A DNA stretch of 45,398 nucleotides from a virus. Its lineage: Duplodnaviria; Caudoviricetes. The DNA is taken from positions 1 through 45,398 of IMG/VR virus record IMGVR_UViG_3300020045_001946. One strand, 5' to 3'. Made by a program: the position numbers and the translations under genes. The notes beneath the pieces are model-generated. The model was not told the DNA's origin and made no database searches. It saw nothing but the letters and a program-made list of their open reading frames with translations. The number at the start of each line of letters is the position of its first letter. Positions within the stretch are counted from its first letter, which is position 1. Of the stretch, positions 34,401 to 43,544 are shown in pieces.

Positions 34401-34602
34401 CTTAGGAGGTGTAACAGGAAGAATTGTTTACTACGACATACCAACAAATACAATAGTAAATGCTGGGACAGTTCCTTATGGTCATTCTACTCTAGTGTCT
34501 GGTAATAGAATGGAGATTATTCAGACAATGGACGGGCTTAAATATCTCTATGTTATGAGACATTCAGGACAAGAAATGTGGAGGACACTGTTGTGGTATT
34601 AG
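31474..34602 (+). CDS. Large adhesin/fibre: kelch-like beta-propeller with inserted repeat domains
   Basis: YRYDTITDSW-type blades; about six (D.TKNW..N.W.G...RI..GTG.GQ...I.SN) repeats. Confidence 0.75.
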   Translation: MSVTNLLKQQVDIPVWEWCNWSPLNTTAISSLTTGNSLGNRYLYYQVSSDLYRYDTITDSWNRLTNMTGFTTPSIMNNNVLSNSVGHPGQAIGPGTGNNTMQLAGLSGKALLGYKIRITSGKGQGQERTIIGVSEPTIHERGTVTTGGSQSITDANTGAGLKQWKANEWRNYQFRATFGTGRTQLRPILWNSSNALVWSDPNYTTINPWAQPTMNISIASTTQFVIESHIITVDTNWTTNPDSTSTFMVMSGGIWNITQGTTSAPFFSLSYYDILADQWYGKTTSTGLRTAVNLAASDLSMERLTENGGAIVATTAVASATARSVTTASTMVQDEYKNFELRIVSGTGIGQAKEITSNNVNTFYVSSAWETTPDATTSYQVWRDVGKIFLVGGNYADLLQYSTDRDQWTPGRIFDDGQANNLAVTRSGHKPIALNSITRTATGMKLPGTITTSGANYRINDILSVTGIGSTLRVTNVDATGGVTGTELLTVGTGATVGAKATTVSPAGGVGCQITLAAGDIDFTELAATPYQHNLKNGDVVTISGATGTGAAKFNGTYTIIGTPSTTSFSYCSVGDPGAATATIPFSQSTTLLVDCTKNWTINEHVGKLVQTSSNAILSTGQTRRIVSNTATTLTFATATAPVNGTSRYIIHDIKAYGTGISNNGRVGGGSSGFATGGSTTTLIDTTKNWETNSWAKIVGRKLRITDGTGAGAEISIISNTSTTLTFATQSFTVDTTTRYVIMDAFGMVSGAGAISTIPTAPTVAGTGYAVGDRLAVTGGTAVIQVMVASGGIPSVLRLIDGGTGGYTAVATATTPITGTGTGLTVTPVITAVASTTVMQDNTKNWDVNAWVGKRLRFLSGTSQGNEYIIVSNTFNTITTAAGTAPDATTAYAILDATPKAFGTHIDNVTGCTDTTINHKYLYSFVGTGTVEMERYNISTEQWEKMSYFPQFETTTTGTMYVYDGKDRIYINLSGNLGGVTGRIVYYDIPTNTIVNAGTVPYGHSTLVSGNRMEIIQTMDGLKYLYVMRHSGQEMWRTLLWY

Positions 34603-34630
34603 TTGACAGATTACTAAATAATGGTATAAT
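34603..34630 (+). promoter_or_regulatory. Leaderless promoter of cassette 2
   Basis: TTGACA-16-TATAAT, ATG 6 nt later. Confidence 0.8.
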
Positions 34631-34636
34631 AATTAT

Positions 34637-34978
34637 ATGTTATGGCAAATTCACGGTGAGGTTAAACATCTCCCATTAAGGTTCTCAGCTTCAGGAGATA
34701 ATACAATATTAACTGCTCCTACAGGTACAAATATGATGGTACATGCTCTAGCATTAGTTCCGTCTGCTGATGTTACGTTAAAGATTAAATGTGGAACAAG
34801 AATAGTGGCTGAATTAGACCTAAAAGCATTTCAACCTTACTCTATGGATGATACTCCTGGTATGGATGGCCAAGGTTTCTATGAATGTAAGACAGGAGAA
34901 GCTTTTATAATTAACCTATCTGGAGCAGTTTCTACTACAGGTCAAGTTAATTATTCTTATGTAGATACTACACTCTAA
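34637..34978 (+). CDS. Small beta-rich virion protein (cassette 2)
   Basis: 113 aa. Confidence 0.65.
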   Translation: MLWQIHGEVKHLPLRFSASGDNTILTAPTGTNMMVHALALVPSADVTLKIKCGTRIVAELDLKAFQPYSMDDTPGMDGQGFYECKTGEAFIINLSGAVSTTGQVNYSYVDTTL

Positions 34979-35607
34979 TGCACGAATATACTCCAGACCA
35001 AGTAATGTTTGTTGAAGAATGGACACGTAAGCGTGATGCTTTGGTGTTGGAGGTAGGTTTGCTTACTAACGAGAAAGAAGTATTGATTAAACGTAACCAA
35101 GAGATATCAGACGTAAACTCTAGTCTACAGAGTGGTATTGATGAGATGAATGAAAATGCTTCTAGGTTAGGATTTGAACAAGCAGAGAAGATTAACGAAC
35201 TAAAGATAGAACATTCTAACCTTATAGAGGAAATAGAGACATTAAAGACCAAGAAAGAACTAATGTCTAAAGACTTAGATGAGAAAAATAACACTCTTAT
35301 TAACTTAGGAGTTTTAATTAATTCTATTAAGGTTGCTACAGAAGATACCACAATTAAGATTCGTAATATGATTCCTGAGCTTAACAAGTACACATCTCAA
35401 GTTGCTAATGCTACTACCTCTATAGAAACAGAAGCAACTAGAGTAAAAGCTCTGACTAATGAATTGTCTACAGTAGTTGACTCAGAACGTAAAGCTAACT
35501 ATGAGAAGTCAAGAGAGATTGACGCTAGAGAGATTGGTGTTATTGGTCGCGAAAAACTCGCTGAAATGAAGTATGCAGAAGTTATTAAACAATTAAACGA
35601 AAAATAG
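34978..35607 (+). CDS. Coiled-coil protein (cassette 2)
   Basis: Heptad pattern over about 200 aa. Confidence 0.75.
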   Translation: MHEYTPDQVMFVEEWTRKRDALVLEVGLLTNEKEVLIKRNQEISDVNSSLQSGIDEMNENASRLGFEQAEKINELKIEHSNLIEEIETLKTKKELMSKDLDEKNNTLINLGVLINSIKVATEDTTIKIRNMIPELNKYTSQVANATTSIETEATRVKALTNELSTVVDSERKANYEKSREIDAREIGVIGREKLAEMKYAEVIKQLNEK

Positions 35608-35608
35608 T

Positions 35609-37066
35609 ATGAGCTTATTTATTTCAAATGTACCTAACACAGGTGGTGGTTCTGGAACAGTAACTAATGTTGCAACATCTACAGGACTTACTGGAGGACC
35701 AATCACAAATACTGGGACAATAGCCCTGAACTCTAAATTAGCTCCAGCAGACACCCTAACTGGTAATTCACTTAAAGTACTACGTGTTAATGCTGGTGAA
35801 ACAGCTGTAGAATATGCTACAGTTAGTGGTACTGGTGATATGGTACTAGCTAATGCTCAAACTAATACAGGAGCAAAAACATTCTTAGATGCTACTATGC
35901 TACTTAGAAATGTAGCTAATACGTTCTCTTCTTGGTTTACAAATACAGCAACAGTTGCACGAACATGGACTCTTCCTGATAAGAATGGAACAGTTGCGAT
36001 GACATCTGATATTACTGGAACAAACTCTGGTACCAACACAGGCGACCAGACTATTACACTAACTGGACACGTAACTGGTTCTGGTACAGGAAGTTTTGCA
36101 ACATCTACAGCATCTAAGATGATTCTACAAGGAACTACAGATGCCACAACATCAGCAGCTCAATTCTTGGGTGCTTTAGCTACAGGTATTATAAAGAACA
36201 CAACAACTACAGGTGTTCTATCAATAGCAACTGGTGCTGATTTACCTGCAATGACAGCAACAGTAGGAGGTGCAGTTCCAACTCCGCCAAACAACACTAC
36301 AACATTCCTTAGAGGTGATGGTACATTCGCTACACCTACTGGCGGTGGAACTGTAACTGCTTCTGGTGGTTCTCTTACTGCTAACTCAATAGTATTAGGA
36401 GCTGGAACAACTGATACTAAAGTTTCTACAGGAATAACTACAGATGGTGCTTCACAAGTCAATCTTGGAGTAAACGCTACTACTATTGGTAAACTAAAGA
36501 TGTTTGGTAATACATCAGGAGATGTTACTATCCAACCAACAGCAGCAGCTGGTACAGCAACAGTACAAACACTGCCAGCAACAACAGGAACACTAGTGAA
36601 TCGTGTTACTACAGCAAATGGAGTCTCTGCATCTAATACAGACGGAGCACTATCTTTCTCTCTAGGAGCTTTAACAACAGGTACAATAAACGGTCAAACA
36701 ATCTCTTCTGCTGCAAACTTTACAGGGGGTATTACTTCGTTACAATCTATAAATACAAATAATGCAATTACAGCCACAGGAAATGCAGCAACAGTTCCAG
36801 TAACATCAAAGATTAATACTGTAACAAACAACTCTGCTGCAACATTAACAATAACACTAACTACAGCTTCTGCTGTTGATGGTCAGATGGTTATGGTTCG
36901 TATAAAAGATTTCTCTGCAGTAGCACAAACTATTACTTGGGTTAATACAGAAGACTCTACAGTAACAGCACCTACAACTTCTAATGGTTCTACAACTCTA
37001 CCATTAACTGCTGGTTTCCAATTTAATTCATCTACCACTAAGTGGAGATGTATAGCAAAAGCATAA
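35609..37066 (+). CDS. Tail-fibre-like protein
   Basis: G/T-rich; GTVTNVATSTGLTGGPIT.TGTI, FLRGDGTF, TLP...GT motifs. Confidence 0.8.
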   Translation: MSLFISNVPNTGGGSGTVTNVATSTGLTGGPITNTGTIALNSKLAPADTLTGNSLKVLRVNAGETAVEYATVSGTGDMVLANAQTNTGAKTFLDATMLLRNVANTFSSWFTNTATVARTWTLPDKNGTVAMTSDITGTNSGTNTGDQTITLTGHVTGSGTGSFATSTASKMILQGTTDATTSAAQFLGALATGIIKNTTTTGVLSIATGADLPAMTATVGGAVPTPPNNTTTFLRGDGTFATPTGGGTVTASGGSLTANSIVLGAGTTDTKVSTGITTDGASQVNLGVNATTIGKLKMFGNTSGDVTIQPTAAAGTATVQTLPATTGTLVNRVTTANGVSASNTDGALSFSLGALTTGTINGQTISSAANFTGGITSLQSINTNNAITATGNAATVPVTSKINTVTNNSAATLTITLTTASAVDGQMVMVRIKDFSAVAQTITWVNTEDSTVTAPTTSNGSTTLPLTAGFQFNSSTTKWRCIAKA

Positions 37067-37067
37067 T

Positions 37068-37772
37068 ATGGCATTAACAGATAACTTAGTCGCATACTAT
37101 AAATTAGATGAATCATCAGGTAATGCTGCTGATAGTGTTGGAAGTCTAACATTAACAAATACTGGAACAACACCATACTCATCTTCTTATGGGAAGATTA
37201 ATAATGGTATTCTTGGTAATGGTTCAACTCAATGGCTCTCTTCTACGTCTTCACCACTAACATATGCTCAACTACAAGGAGCATTTTCTGTAAATATCTG
37301 GGGAAAAAGAATAGGAAATCCTACTGGGGCAGCTTATTATTATAGAATTGAAAATAACAACGGTGGAGGAACGTGTACACACTTCATTTTATATTATTAT
37401 GCAGCAGGAGGTTGGCACATAAACGCTCCAGGAGGCGATAGAACTCTCACATATACTGAATCTGGAAATATGGATATGCTAACTATTACTTGTAATGGTT
37501 CAGGAACTTTTAAATTTTATGTAAATGGTTCACAATCAGGAAGTAATATAAGTCTTTCTATTGGGACAGCTGCTGCTTCTCGTGTTGGATTTGGAGTATT
37601 AAATGACTATCAATTAGGTGCTCCTTTTAACGCTCAAGTAGATGAATTAGGTACGTGGACAAGAGAATTATCTGGCACAGAAGTATCCAATCTATATAAT
37701 GGTGGAAGTGGGTTACAATATCCTTTTAGTGGTGGAGCAACCGTAAACAGCAACTTCTTTATGTTTTTTTAA
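37068..37772 (+). CDS. LamG/concanavalin-A-like lectin domain protein
   Basis: LVAYYKLDESSGNAADS, FYVNG, VDELGTWTRELS..EV..LYN.G.GLQYPF. Confidence 0.88.
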   Translation: MALTDNLVAYYKLDESSGNAADSVGSLTLTNTGTTPYSSSYGKINNGILGNGSTQWLSSTSSPLTYAQLQGAFSVNIWGKRIGNPTGAAYYYRIENNNGGGTCTHFILYYYAAGGWHINAPGGDRTLTYTESGNMDMLTITCNGSGTFKFYVNGSQSGSNISLSIGTAAASRVGFGVLNDYQLGAPFNAQVDELGTWTRELSGTEVSNLYNGGSGLQYPFSGGATVNSNFFMFF

Positions 37773-37773
37773 T

Positions 37774-38043
37774 ATGAAAGAAACACTAACAGACGAAAAT
37801 TTCAATAGACTTAAAGATATGCTTGTAGAACATGTGTTAGCTGAAACTAATGGTGTGTCTGACCTACATTCTAAACTAGATGGCACTAATGAACGCATAG
37901 ACTCTTTAATGGCTAAGTTAGAACCTATGATTGATACATACACCAACGCTAGGGGTTTCTATAACACCTTTACATGGTTTCTAAAGTTCTTAGGATTACT
38001 AGCAGCAGGTTTAGGAGCATTATTCTTCTTCAAGAAGCTATAA
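37774..38043 (+). CDS. Small membrane-anchored coiled-coil protein (holin-like?)
   Basis: C-terminal TM FLGLLAAGLGALFFF. Confidence 0.6.
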   Translation: MKETLTDENFNRLKDMLVEHVLAETNGVSDLHSKLDGTNERIDSLMAKLEPMIDTYTNARGFYNTFTWFLKFLGLLAAGLGALFFFKKL

Positions 38044-38071
38044 TTGACATATTAATAATTAATGGTATAAT
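38044..38071 (+). promoter_or_regulatory. Leaderless promoter of the tail operon
   Basis: TTGACA-16-TATAAT, ATG 6 nt later. Confidence 0.8.
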
Positions 38072-38077
38072 ATTTAC

Positions 38078-39478
38078 ATGAATCCACTATTTAAAATAGA
38101 ATCTAATTTTGGTAATAAAATAACGATTCCTCATCAATTTAGCATCTACGCTAGTTCTTTTTTATCAAAAGACATTGTCGCTGGAACTACAGTATACCCA
38201 GTAGAAAACACATCAGAGTTCGTTACTGCTAACCGTAATTTTTTAGTCGGTCCTGTTGGAGCTGAATCTACAGAAAATATACTTGTTATTTCAAACAAGA
38301 CTGCTTCTACTATAACTGCAGCGGCTTGTGATTTTACTCATAATCGAGGTGAAATAGTACAGCAAGTTAGTTACAGTACTGTAATTATAGAATCATCTCC
38401 TACTTCTCCTTCTACAGGTACTTGGACACAAATTAAATCACTGGCTATACAATTTAACTCAGATGAGAGTGCTTATTTAGACACTGCTGGTACATCTGGA
38501 ACATATTATAGAATTAAATTTACTGATGGTGCTGGGACATTTACTGCATATTCAAATGGAGGAGTTGGATTAAACTCTGGGTCTTTTGCTTATAACACAG
38601 TAGGTAATCTTATCCAATCAGTTCGTAAGTCTGTAGGAAATACTGACCTACCAGATGATTTCTTTATTTCTGCTATTAATGATGCTCGTAGAGTTGTAGA
38701 TACTAATTTTGGATTCGGTCGTATTAATGAATGGAGACAAGTGTTTGAATACCCTATTCAGATGTTAGCTGGTACTAACTTTGTTACGCTACCAACTAAT
38801 ATAGACTTCTCAGAGACTAACCGTACGTTACTAGCTGCTAGATACGCCAGACAAGGAGTTGCTGCTAATGTACCCCTAAAGTATGTTGATAAGCGTGAAT
38901 GGAACTCAAGAGCTTATCTTAATAGATACTCAACTACAGTAAGTGATGTGGCAATTAGTGATACGTCTATTCAGTTAGTTTCTACAGGAGACTTTCCTGC
39001 TCAAGGTAGTATGAACGTAGCTACTACAGACCCTACACAAACTATAATGGTTATTAGTTACACAGGAAACAACTTGATTACCAACACCCTAACAGGTGTA
39101 ACAGGTGTAACTAGAGCTATACCTTCAGGAACTCAAATATGGGCTTACTCTACATTCGCTGTACCTTATTTCTTTACAATATTTGAAGACAATCTAGGAG
39201 TTCCTAAGCTATGGTTCGATAGACCAGTCCCACAAGGACTTCAGGCTAAGAATCTATATCTTGATTATTATAAGAAAATAGTAGAATTATCTACTATAAC
39301 TGATACAATCCCAGAACATTACAGAGATATTTATAAAGACTACCTTAAGTTTGCTATCAAGCGTAGACGAGATGACTCATTAGGAGAGGATGATGAAGAC
39401 TACAAGAAGTTTATGCGAGGTATTGCTAATATCTTAGGTAATCCATACACAGGACAATCACAAATAATTATACAATAA
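38078..39478 (+). CDS. Putative head-tail adaptor with added beta domains
   Basis: TVGNLIQSVR...AINDARR...AGTNFVTLP...IPEHYRD adaptor-like core. Confidence 0.6.
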   Translation: MNPLFKIESNFGNKITIPHQFSIYASSFLSKDIVAGTTVYPVENTSEFVTANRNFLVGPVGAESTENILVISNKTASTITAAACDFTHNRGEIVQQVSYSTVIIESSPTSPSTGTWTQIKSLAIQFNSDESAYLDTAGTSGTYYRIKFTDGAGTFTAYSNGGVGLNSGSFAYNTVGNLIQSVRKSVGNTDLPDDFFISAINDARRVVDTNFGFGRINEWRQVFEYPIQMLAGTNFVTLPTNIDFSETNRTLLAARYARQGVAANVPLKYVDKREWNSRAYLNRYSTTVSDVAISDTSIQLVSTGDFPAQGSMNVATTDPTQTIMVISYTGNNLITNTLTGVTGVTRAIPSGTQIWAYSTFAVPYFFTIFEDNLGVPKLWFDRPVPQGLQAKNLYLDYYKKIVELSTITDTIPEHYRDIYKDYLKFAIKRRRDDSLGEDDEDYKKFMRGIANILGNPYTGQSQIIIQ

Positions 39479-41043
39479 TGCAAAAGAAAACTCAAAAAGA
39501 ATTTTATGATGTACCTACTGAAGCTGTTTCAGAAGGTGTAATAATGGAAGGTGTGCTTAGTCATTATGTCTCACCAAAGACAGCTATTTCTTATGCTGAA
39601 AACATGCACAATGACACTATTGGCATGATGACTTCACGTAGACCGATGGTTTCACGTGTAACACCTAGTGTTAGTCCACTAAGTTGTGTACAGTTTAGCT
39701 CCACCTCTGGACAACCTTATATCTGTTGGCAAGAAGGTTCTACTTTTAAAGCGACTCCATCACCAGTATCAGGTACAGTAACTACAACTAATAGTATATT
39801 AGATGCAAATTATAGAGCACGATACGATGTATATGGTGGAGCATTATTGATTACACCTGATACTGCTGGGGTTGGACAACCTTTATATACATATAATGGA
39901 ACTACCGCACCAGTAGCATTAACTACATCATTTACTGCACGTAAAGATTTAATATCAGCTGGATTTGACCAAAGAATATGGATGGCAGACAGCGTAGATA
40001 ATGTATGTAGAGTTTATTATACAGACCCTATTGCTTTATCTGGTGGAGCACAAACAGCTACTGGTGGTACAGGTTTTATTGTAATACCTGCTGAAGGTGG
40101 TGATATGATTACTGGTTTAATTAAAACCCAGAGATGTTTGTATGTATTTACACATAACAACATCTTTCAGGTATTCAATACTGCTTACCTAGATAATGCT
40201 CCTATAGCTTATGTTGGTGCTTATTCTCAAGAAGGTATTGTTAAAGCTAAGAATGGATTTTACTTTTATAATCCTACAGGAGTATTCTTCCTACAACCAG
40301 GTGGTCAACCACAAGAGATATCAGTTAAAATAAGAGACATATTAAAAAAAGTTCCTACACAATATCAATCCAAGGTATTTGGTTGGAGTGATGAAGACCA
40401 TGTAACATTTTGTTTGGGTAATAAACTACAAGGATATCAACCTGATAAGACATATTATGTTAGATATACAATATCTACTCAAGTATGGACAATTTATTCT
40501 ACTCTTGGTTTTATACCGACTTGTGCTGATTCTAAGATGTTTGCACAATTATATACTCCTTATGATTATCAAGGAACTGAACGTATCTTCCCAACAGTAT
40601 ATCTATTTGGTAATGGAGTAGATACTTCTGGTAATGCTACTGGAGCATATTATGGTGGTACATTTAATGTATTTGAACCTACAACAGAGAACTCTGCTGT
40701 AGTAAAAGACTGGGGAGTGTATGACATCCCTATGGAGTATCAGACTAACTGGCTTACATTTGACTTAGAGAACCACGATAAACGTGCTAATGGATTATAT
40801 GTACCATCGGTTAATGGGGCAGGTCTTAAAGTAGCTTATCAGACTGACCAAGACCTTCCTAATGTGTGGAGAGAAGTTGGTGTGCTTAGTTCTAACTATG
40901 TTACCGCTTTTAATTCATGGCAATCTAATGAGTTCAATAGAATAAAGTTTAGAATATATGGTAACAATACTACTGGTGCAGTCGTACAAGTAGGAGTACC
41001 TAGAATTAAAGTGCTAGATGACCTAGGATTTAAAACAAACTAA
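39478..41043 (+). CDS. Putative tail nozzle/stabilisation protein (P22 gp10-like)
   Basis: 521-aa beta-propeller-like; GDMITGL, LYVF, GAYSQEGIV; follows the adaptor. Confidence 0.7.
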   Translation: MQKKTQKEFYDVPTEAVSEGVIMEGVLSHYVSPKTAISYAENMHNDTIGMMTSRRPMVSRVTPSVSPLSCVQFSSTSGQPYICWQEGSTFKATPSPVSGTVTTTNSILDANYRARYDVYGGALLITPDTAGVGQPLYTYNGTTAPVALTTSFTARKDLISAGFDQRIWMADSVDNVCRVYYTDPIALSGGAQTATGGTGFIVIPAEGGDMITGLIKTQRCLYVFTHNNIFQVFNTAYLDNAPIAYVGAYSQEGIVKAKNGFYFYNPTGVFFLQPGGQPQEISVKIRDILKKVPTQYQSKVFGWSDEDHVTFCLGNKLQGYQPDKTYYVRYTISTQVWTIYSTLGFIPTCADSKMFAQLYTPYDYQGTERIFPTVYLFGNGVDTSGNATGAYYGGTFNVFEPTTENSAVVKDWGVYDIPMEYQTNWLTFDLENHDKRANGLYVPSVNGAGLKVAYQTDQDLPNVWREVGVLSSNYVTAFNSWQSNEFNRIKFRIYGNNTTGAVVQVGVPRIKVLDDLGFKTN

Positions 41044-41462
41044 TGTTAGATAGAAACTTATACAAACTACCAGATGAACAATCACCTATAGAATTATCTA
41101 TGGGTAATAGAACATCTATAGACTTGACAAACCCTAACACTCCAGAGTATTATAAAACCACAAGTCTACCACAACCAGCAATCATCGGAATTGGATATGT
41201 AACATCTGCTGGAGCTAAAGACTCAGCAGGATTCTTTCTTCCTTCAGCATGGAGTATAGCACATACTGTTGGGACAGGTGTATATGTTATCACACATAAC
41301 ATTGGTGCAATTAATAAATACCTACCAATAATTAACCTTATTGGTTCTACCAGCAAGAACTTCGCTGTGACTGTAGGAACAACTACTACAACAATTTATA
41401 CATTTAATCAGGCAGGAACTGCCACAGATACAGCTTTCATGTTTGTATTTTATTTAATATAA
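41043..41462 (+). CDS. Small tail protein
   Basis: GTGVYVITHNIG motif. Confidence 0.65.
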   Translation: MLDRNLYKLPDEQSPIELSMGNRTSIDLTNPNTPEYYKTTSLPQPAIIGIGYVTSAGAKDSAGFFLPSAWSIAHTVGTGVYVITHNIGAINKYLPIINLIGSTSKNFAVTVGTTTTTIYTFNQAGTATDTAFMFVFYLI

Positions 41463-41463
41463 T

Positions 41464-41979
41464 ATGGCTTATAACAACTGGGTAAATCCATTTTACCAAA
41501 CACACAAAGACCTCCAAGATTCTGTTATGCAAACATATGGAGAGAGTGTTGCACAGAATAAAAATGAACTTGGTACTGGAAGTGATTATCTTTCAAAGAG
41601 TTACCAAAACACTATAGACCAACTAAATCAAGGTCTTCAAGGAGATGTTAGTGATTTAACTAACTCTTCTGCTTCTAAGGGTAGTTTTGGTAGTACAGCA
41701 TACAATGAAAGACTTAACTCTCTAGCAAACAAGTACAACACTTCTGCTACTGGTGCTTTTGATACTTCTTCTTATAAGAGTAGTAATCTTGGCCAGCAAT
41801 ATCAACCAAATCTTGGTATGACAGTTCAATCTCAAACTCCTGTATTTAATAAGTTCCAAGCTTCTCCAACAGCCCAGGTTGGACAAACATCACAGCAATA
41901 TAGATACAACCCATTCCAGCAAGCAGGTAGTGGCCTTAATAATACAAAAGTGCTTAATCTTAATAAAATAAACTACTAA
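41464..41979 (+). CDS. Putative small ejection/pilot protein
   Basis: Q/S/N-rich 171 aa after the tail genes. Confidence 0.55.
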   Translation: MAYNNWVNPFYQTHKDLQDSVMQTYGESVAQNKNELGTGSDYLSKSYQNTIDQLNQGLQGDVSDLTNSSASKGSFGSTAYNERLNSLANKYNTSATGAFDTSSYKSSNLGQQYQPNLGMTVQSQTPVFNKFQASPTAQVGQTSQQYRYNPFQQAGSGLNNTKVLNLNKINY

Positions 41980-41980
41980 T

Positions 41981-43543
41981 ATGTCAGAACTTCCAACATG
42001 GTTAGCTAACCTAGGTAAGAAACAACCTACTTACAACCTACCAAATAATGGTGGTAGTTTCAACTTATCAGCTTTATCAGGATTACAACCTACTAATCCA
42101 GGATTAATACAAGGACCACAAACACCTCAAGATACTGGTCTTACATCAGGAACATCAGCAAAGAGTTTTGGTGTACAGCAACCAGCTTTACCAGAAGTAC
42201 CACAACCTACTTTCACTGAAACTGACCCTACATTAGGATTATCACAAGGTCAACAAACACAACCTCAAGTACCACAAACTACTACACCTCCAGTAGCTGA
42301 TACTTCATCTTCTAGTCAATCAAAGATTATACAAGATATAACTAACTCACAGATATTAGGTGTTCCTCTAGGAAGTATTGGTATGGAAAATGGATATACA
42401 GGCTCTATGCCTTCATCTGAAGCTCTTAGAATAGAAATGATGAAAGACCGTGCTCAGGGTACTGGTTTGTACTCTATACCTAAAGGAGAGAATGTTGATA
42501 TAAATACTATACTAGCTATTAGAACAATGGCTGATAAACATTACTCAGACCTTATTGGTACAGCGTCTGAAGTAGAAAAGAACGAACTACAGAAAGCAAA
42601 CATCTCAAATAAACCAGAACTTACTTCTGGACAAGCATCAGCATTCAATGCTATCGTTAGTGCTAAAAATAAGTCTCCATTACTAGCAGCTTCTGACAGA
42701 CTTCCAGTTCTACAGAATGCTATTAAGGAAGCTCGTGCTAATCCATCTAATGGTGCTCTACAGCTTAACCTTGTATACTCTTATGTACAGGCTCTTGACA
42801 CATATCAATCAGCTGTACGTGAAGGTGAACTTTCATTAGTTAACTCTATTGACTCTAAGGTTGGTCAACTTGGTAACTTCGTATCACAAATTCAGAATGG
42901 TCAGATTGTTAGACCAGAAGTTATTAACCAAATGGCTGATGCTGCTGAAAATATAGTTAACACTATTAACACCTCAGCTAAACAAAAGAGTAAGTCATTT
43001 AAGGCTCAAGCAGAAGCACAGGGATTGGGAGATGTATGGAATAAGTACGAAGGTGGTTATGATGCTTCATATGATTCAAAGGTAAGTAATCCTGACCAAG
43101 AAGCATTAGATGCAGGTTATTCTCAAGAAGAGATTGATGCGTTTAAGAAATCACAGGGTTTTAAATCAGTTGGTAACACTTCAGCTTCCATAGAGATTCC
43201 TAAAGAGTCAAGATTGTCTTATGTTAATAACAATCCAGGCAATCTAAGATTCGCTAATCAGTCAGGAGCTACACCAGGAGAAGGAGGGTTTGCTAAGTTC
43301 CCTACACCAGAAGCAGGAGTTAAAGCTCTTACAAGTCAGGTTAAACTAGACCAAGGTAGAGGGCACACATTAGCTAGTTTCATAGCTAAGTTTGCTCCAC
43401 CTTCAGAGAACAACACAGCACAGTATATATCTCAGGCAGCCAAATCACTAGGAGTAACATCTGATACATCTCTTGCAAGTATTCCTACAGATAAACTAAC
43501 TAAGTTTATGGCATTAAAAGAATCATCAACTAAAATATTATAA
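41981..43543 (+). CDS. Ejection protein with C-terminal lysozyme-like domain
   Basis: SAVREGE; NNPGNLR...FPTPEAG...TLASFIAKFAPPSENNTAQY. Confidence 0.75.
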   Translation: MSELPTWLANLGKKQPTYNLPNNGGSFNLSALSGLQPTNPGLIQGPQTPQDTGLTSGTSAKSFGVQQPALPEVPQPTFTETDPTLGLSQGQQTQPQVPQTTTPPVADTSSSSQSKIIQDITNSQILGVPLGSIGMENGYTGSMPSSEALRIEMMKDRAQGTGLYSIPKGENVDINTILAIRTMADKHYSDLIGTASEVEKNELQKANISNKPELTSGQASAFNAIVSAKNKSPLLAASDRLPVLQNAIKEARANPSNGALQLNLVYSYVQALDTYQSAVREGELSLVNSIDSKVGQLGNFVSQIQNGQIVRPEVINQMADAAENIVNTINTSAKQKSKSFKAQAEAQGLGDVWNKYEGGYDASYDSKVSNPDQEALDAGYSQEEIDAFKKSQGFKSVGNTSASIEIPKESRLSYVNNNPGNLRFANQSGATPGEGGFAKFPTPEAGVKALTSQVKLDQGRGHTLASFIAKFAPPSENNTAQYISQAAKSLGVTSDTSLASIPTDKLTKFMALKESSTKIL

Positions 43544-43544
43544 T

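Noticed and set aside
31474-37772. Diversity-generating retroelement acting on the adhesins
   Set aside because: No reverse transcriptase and no template/variable repeat pair seen
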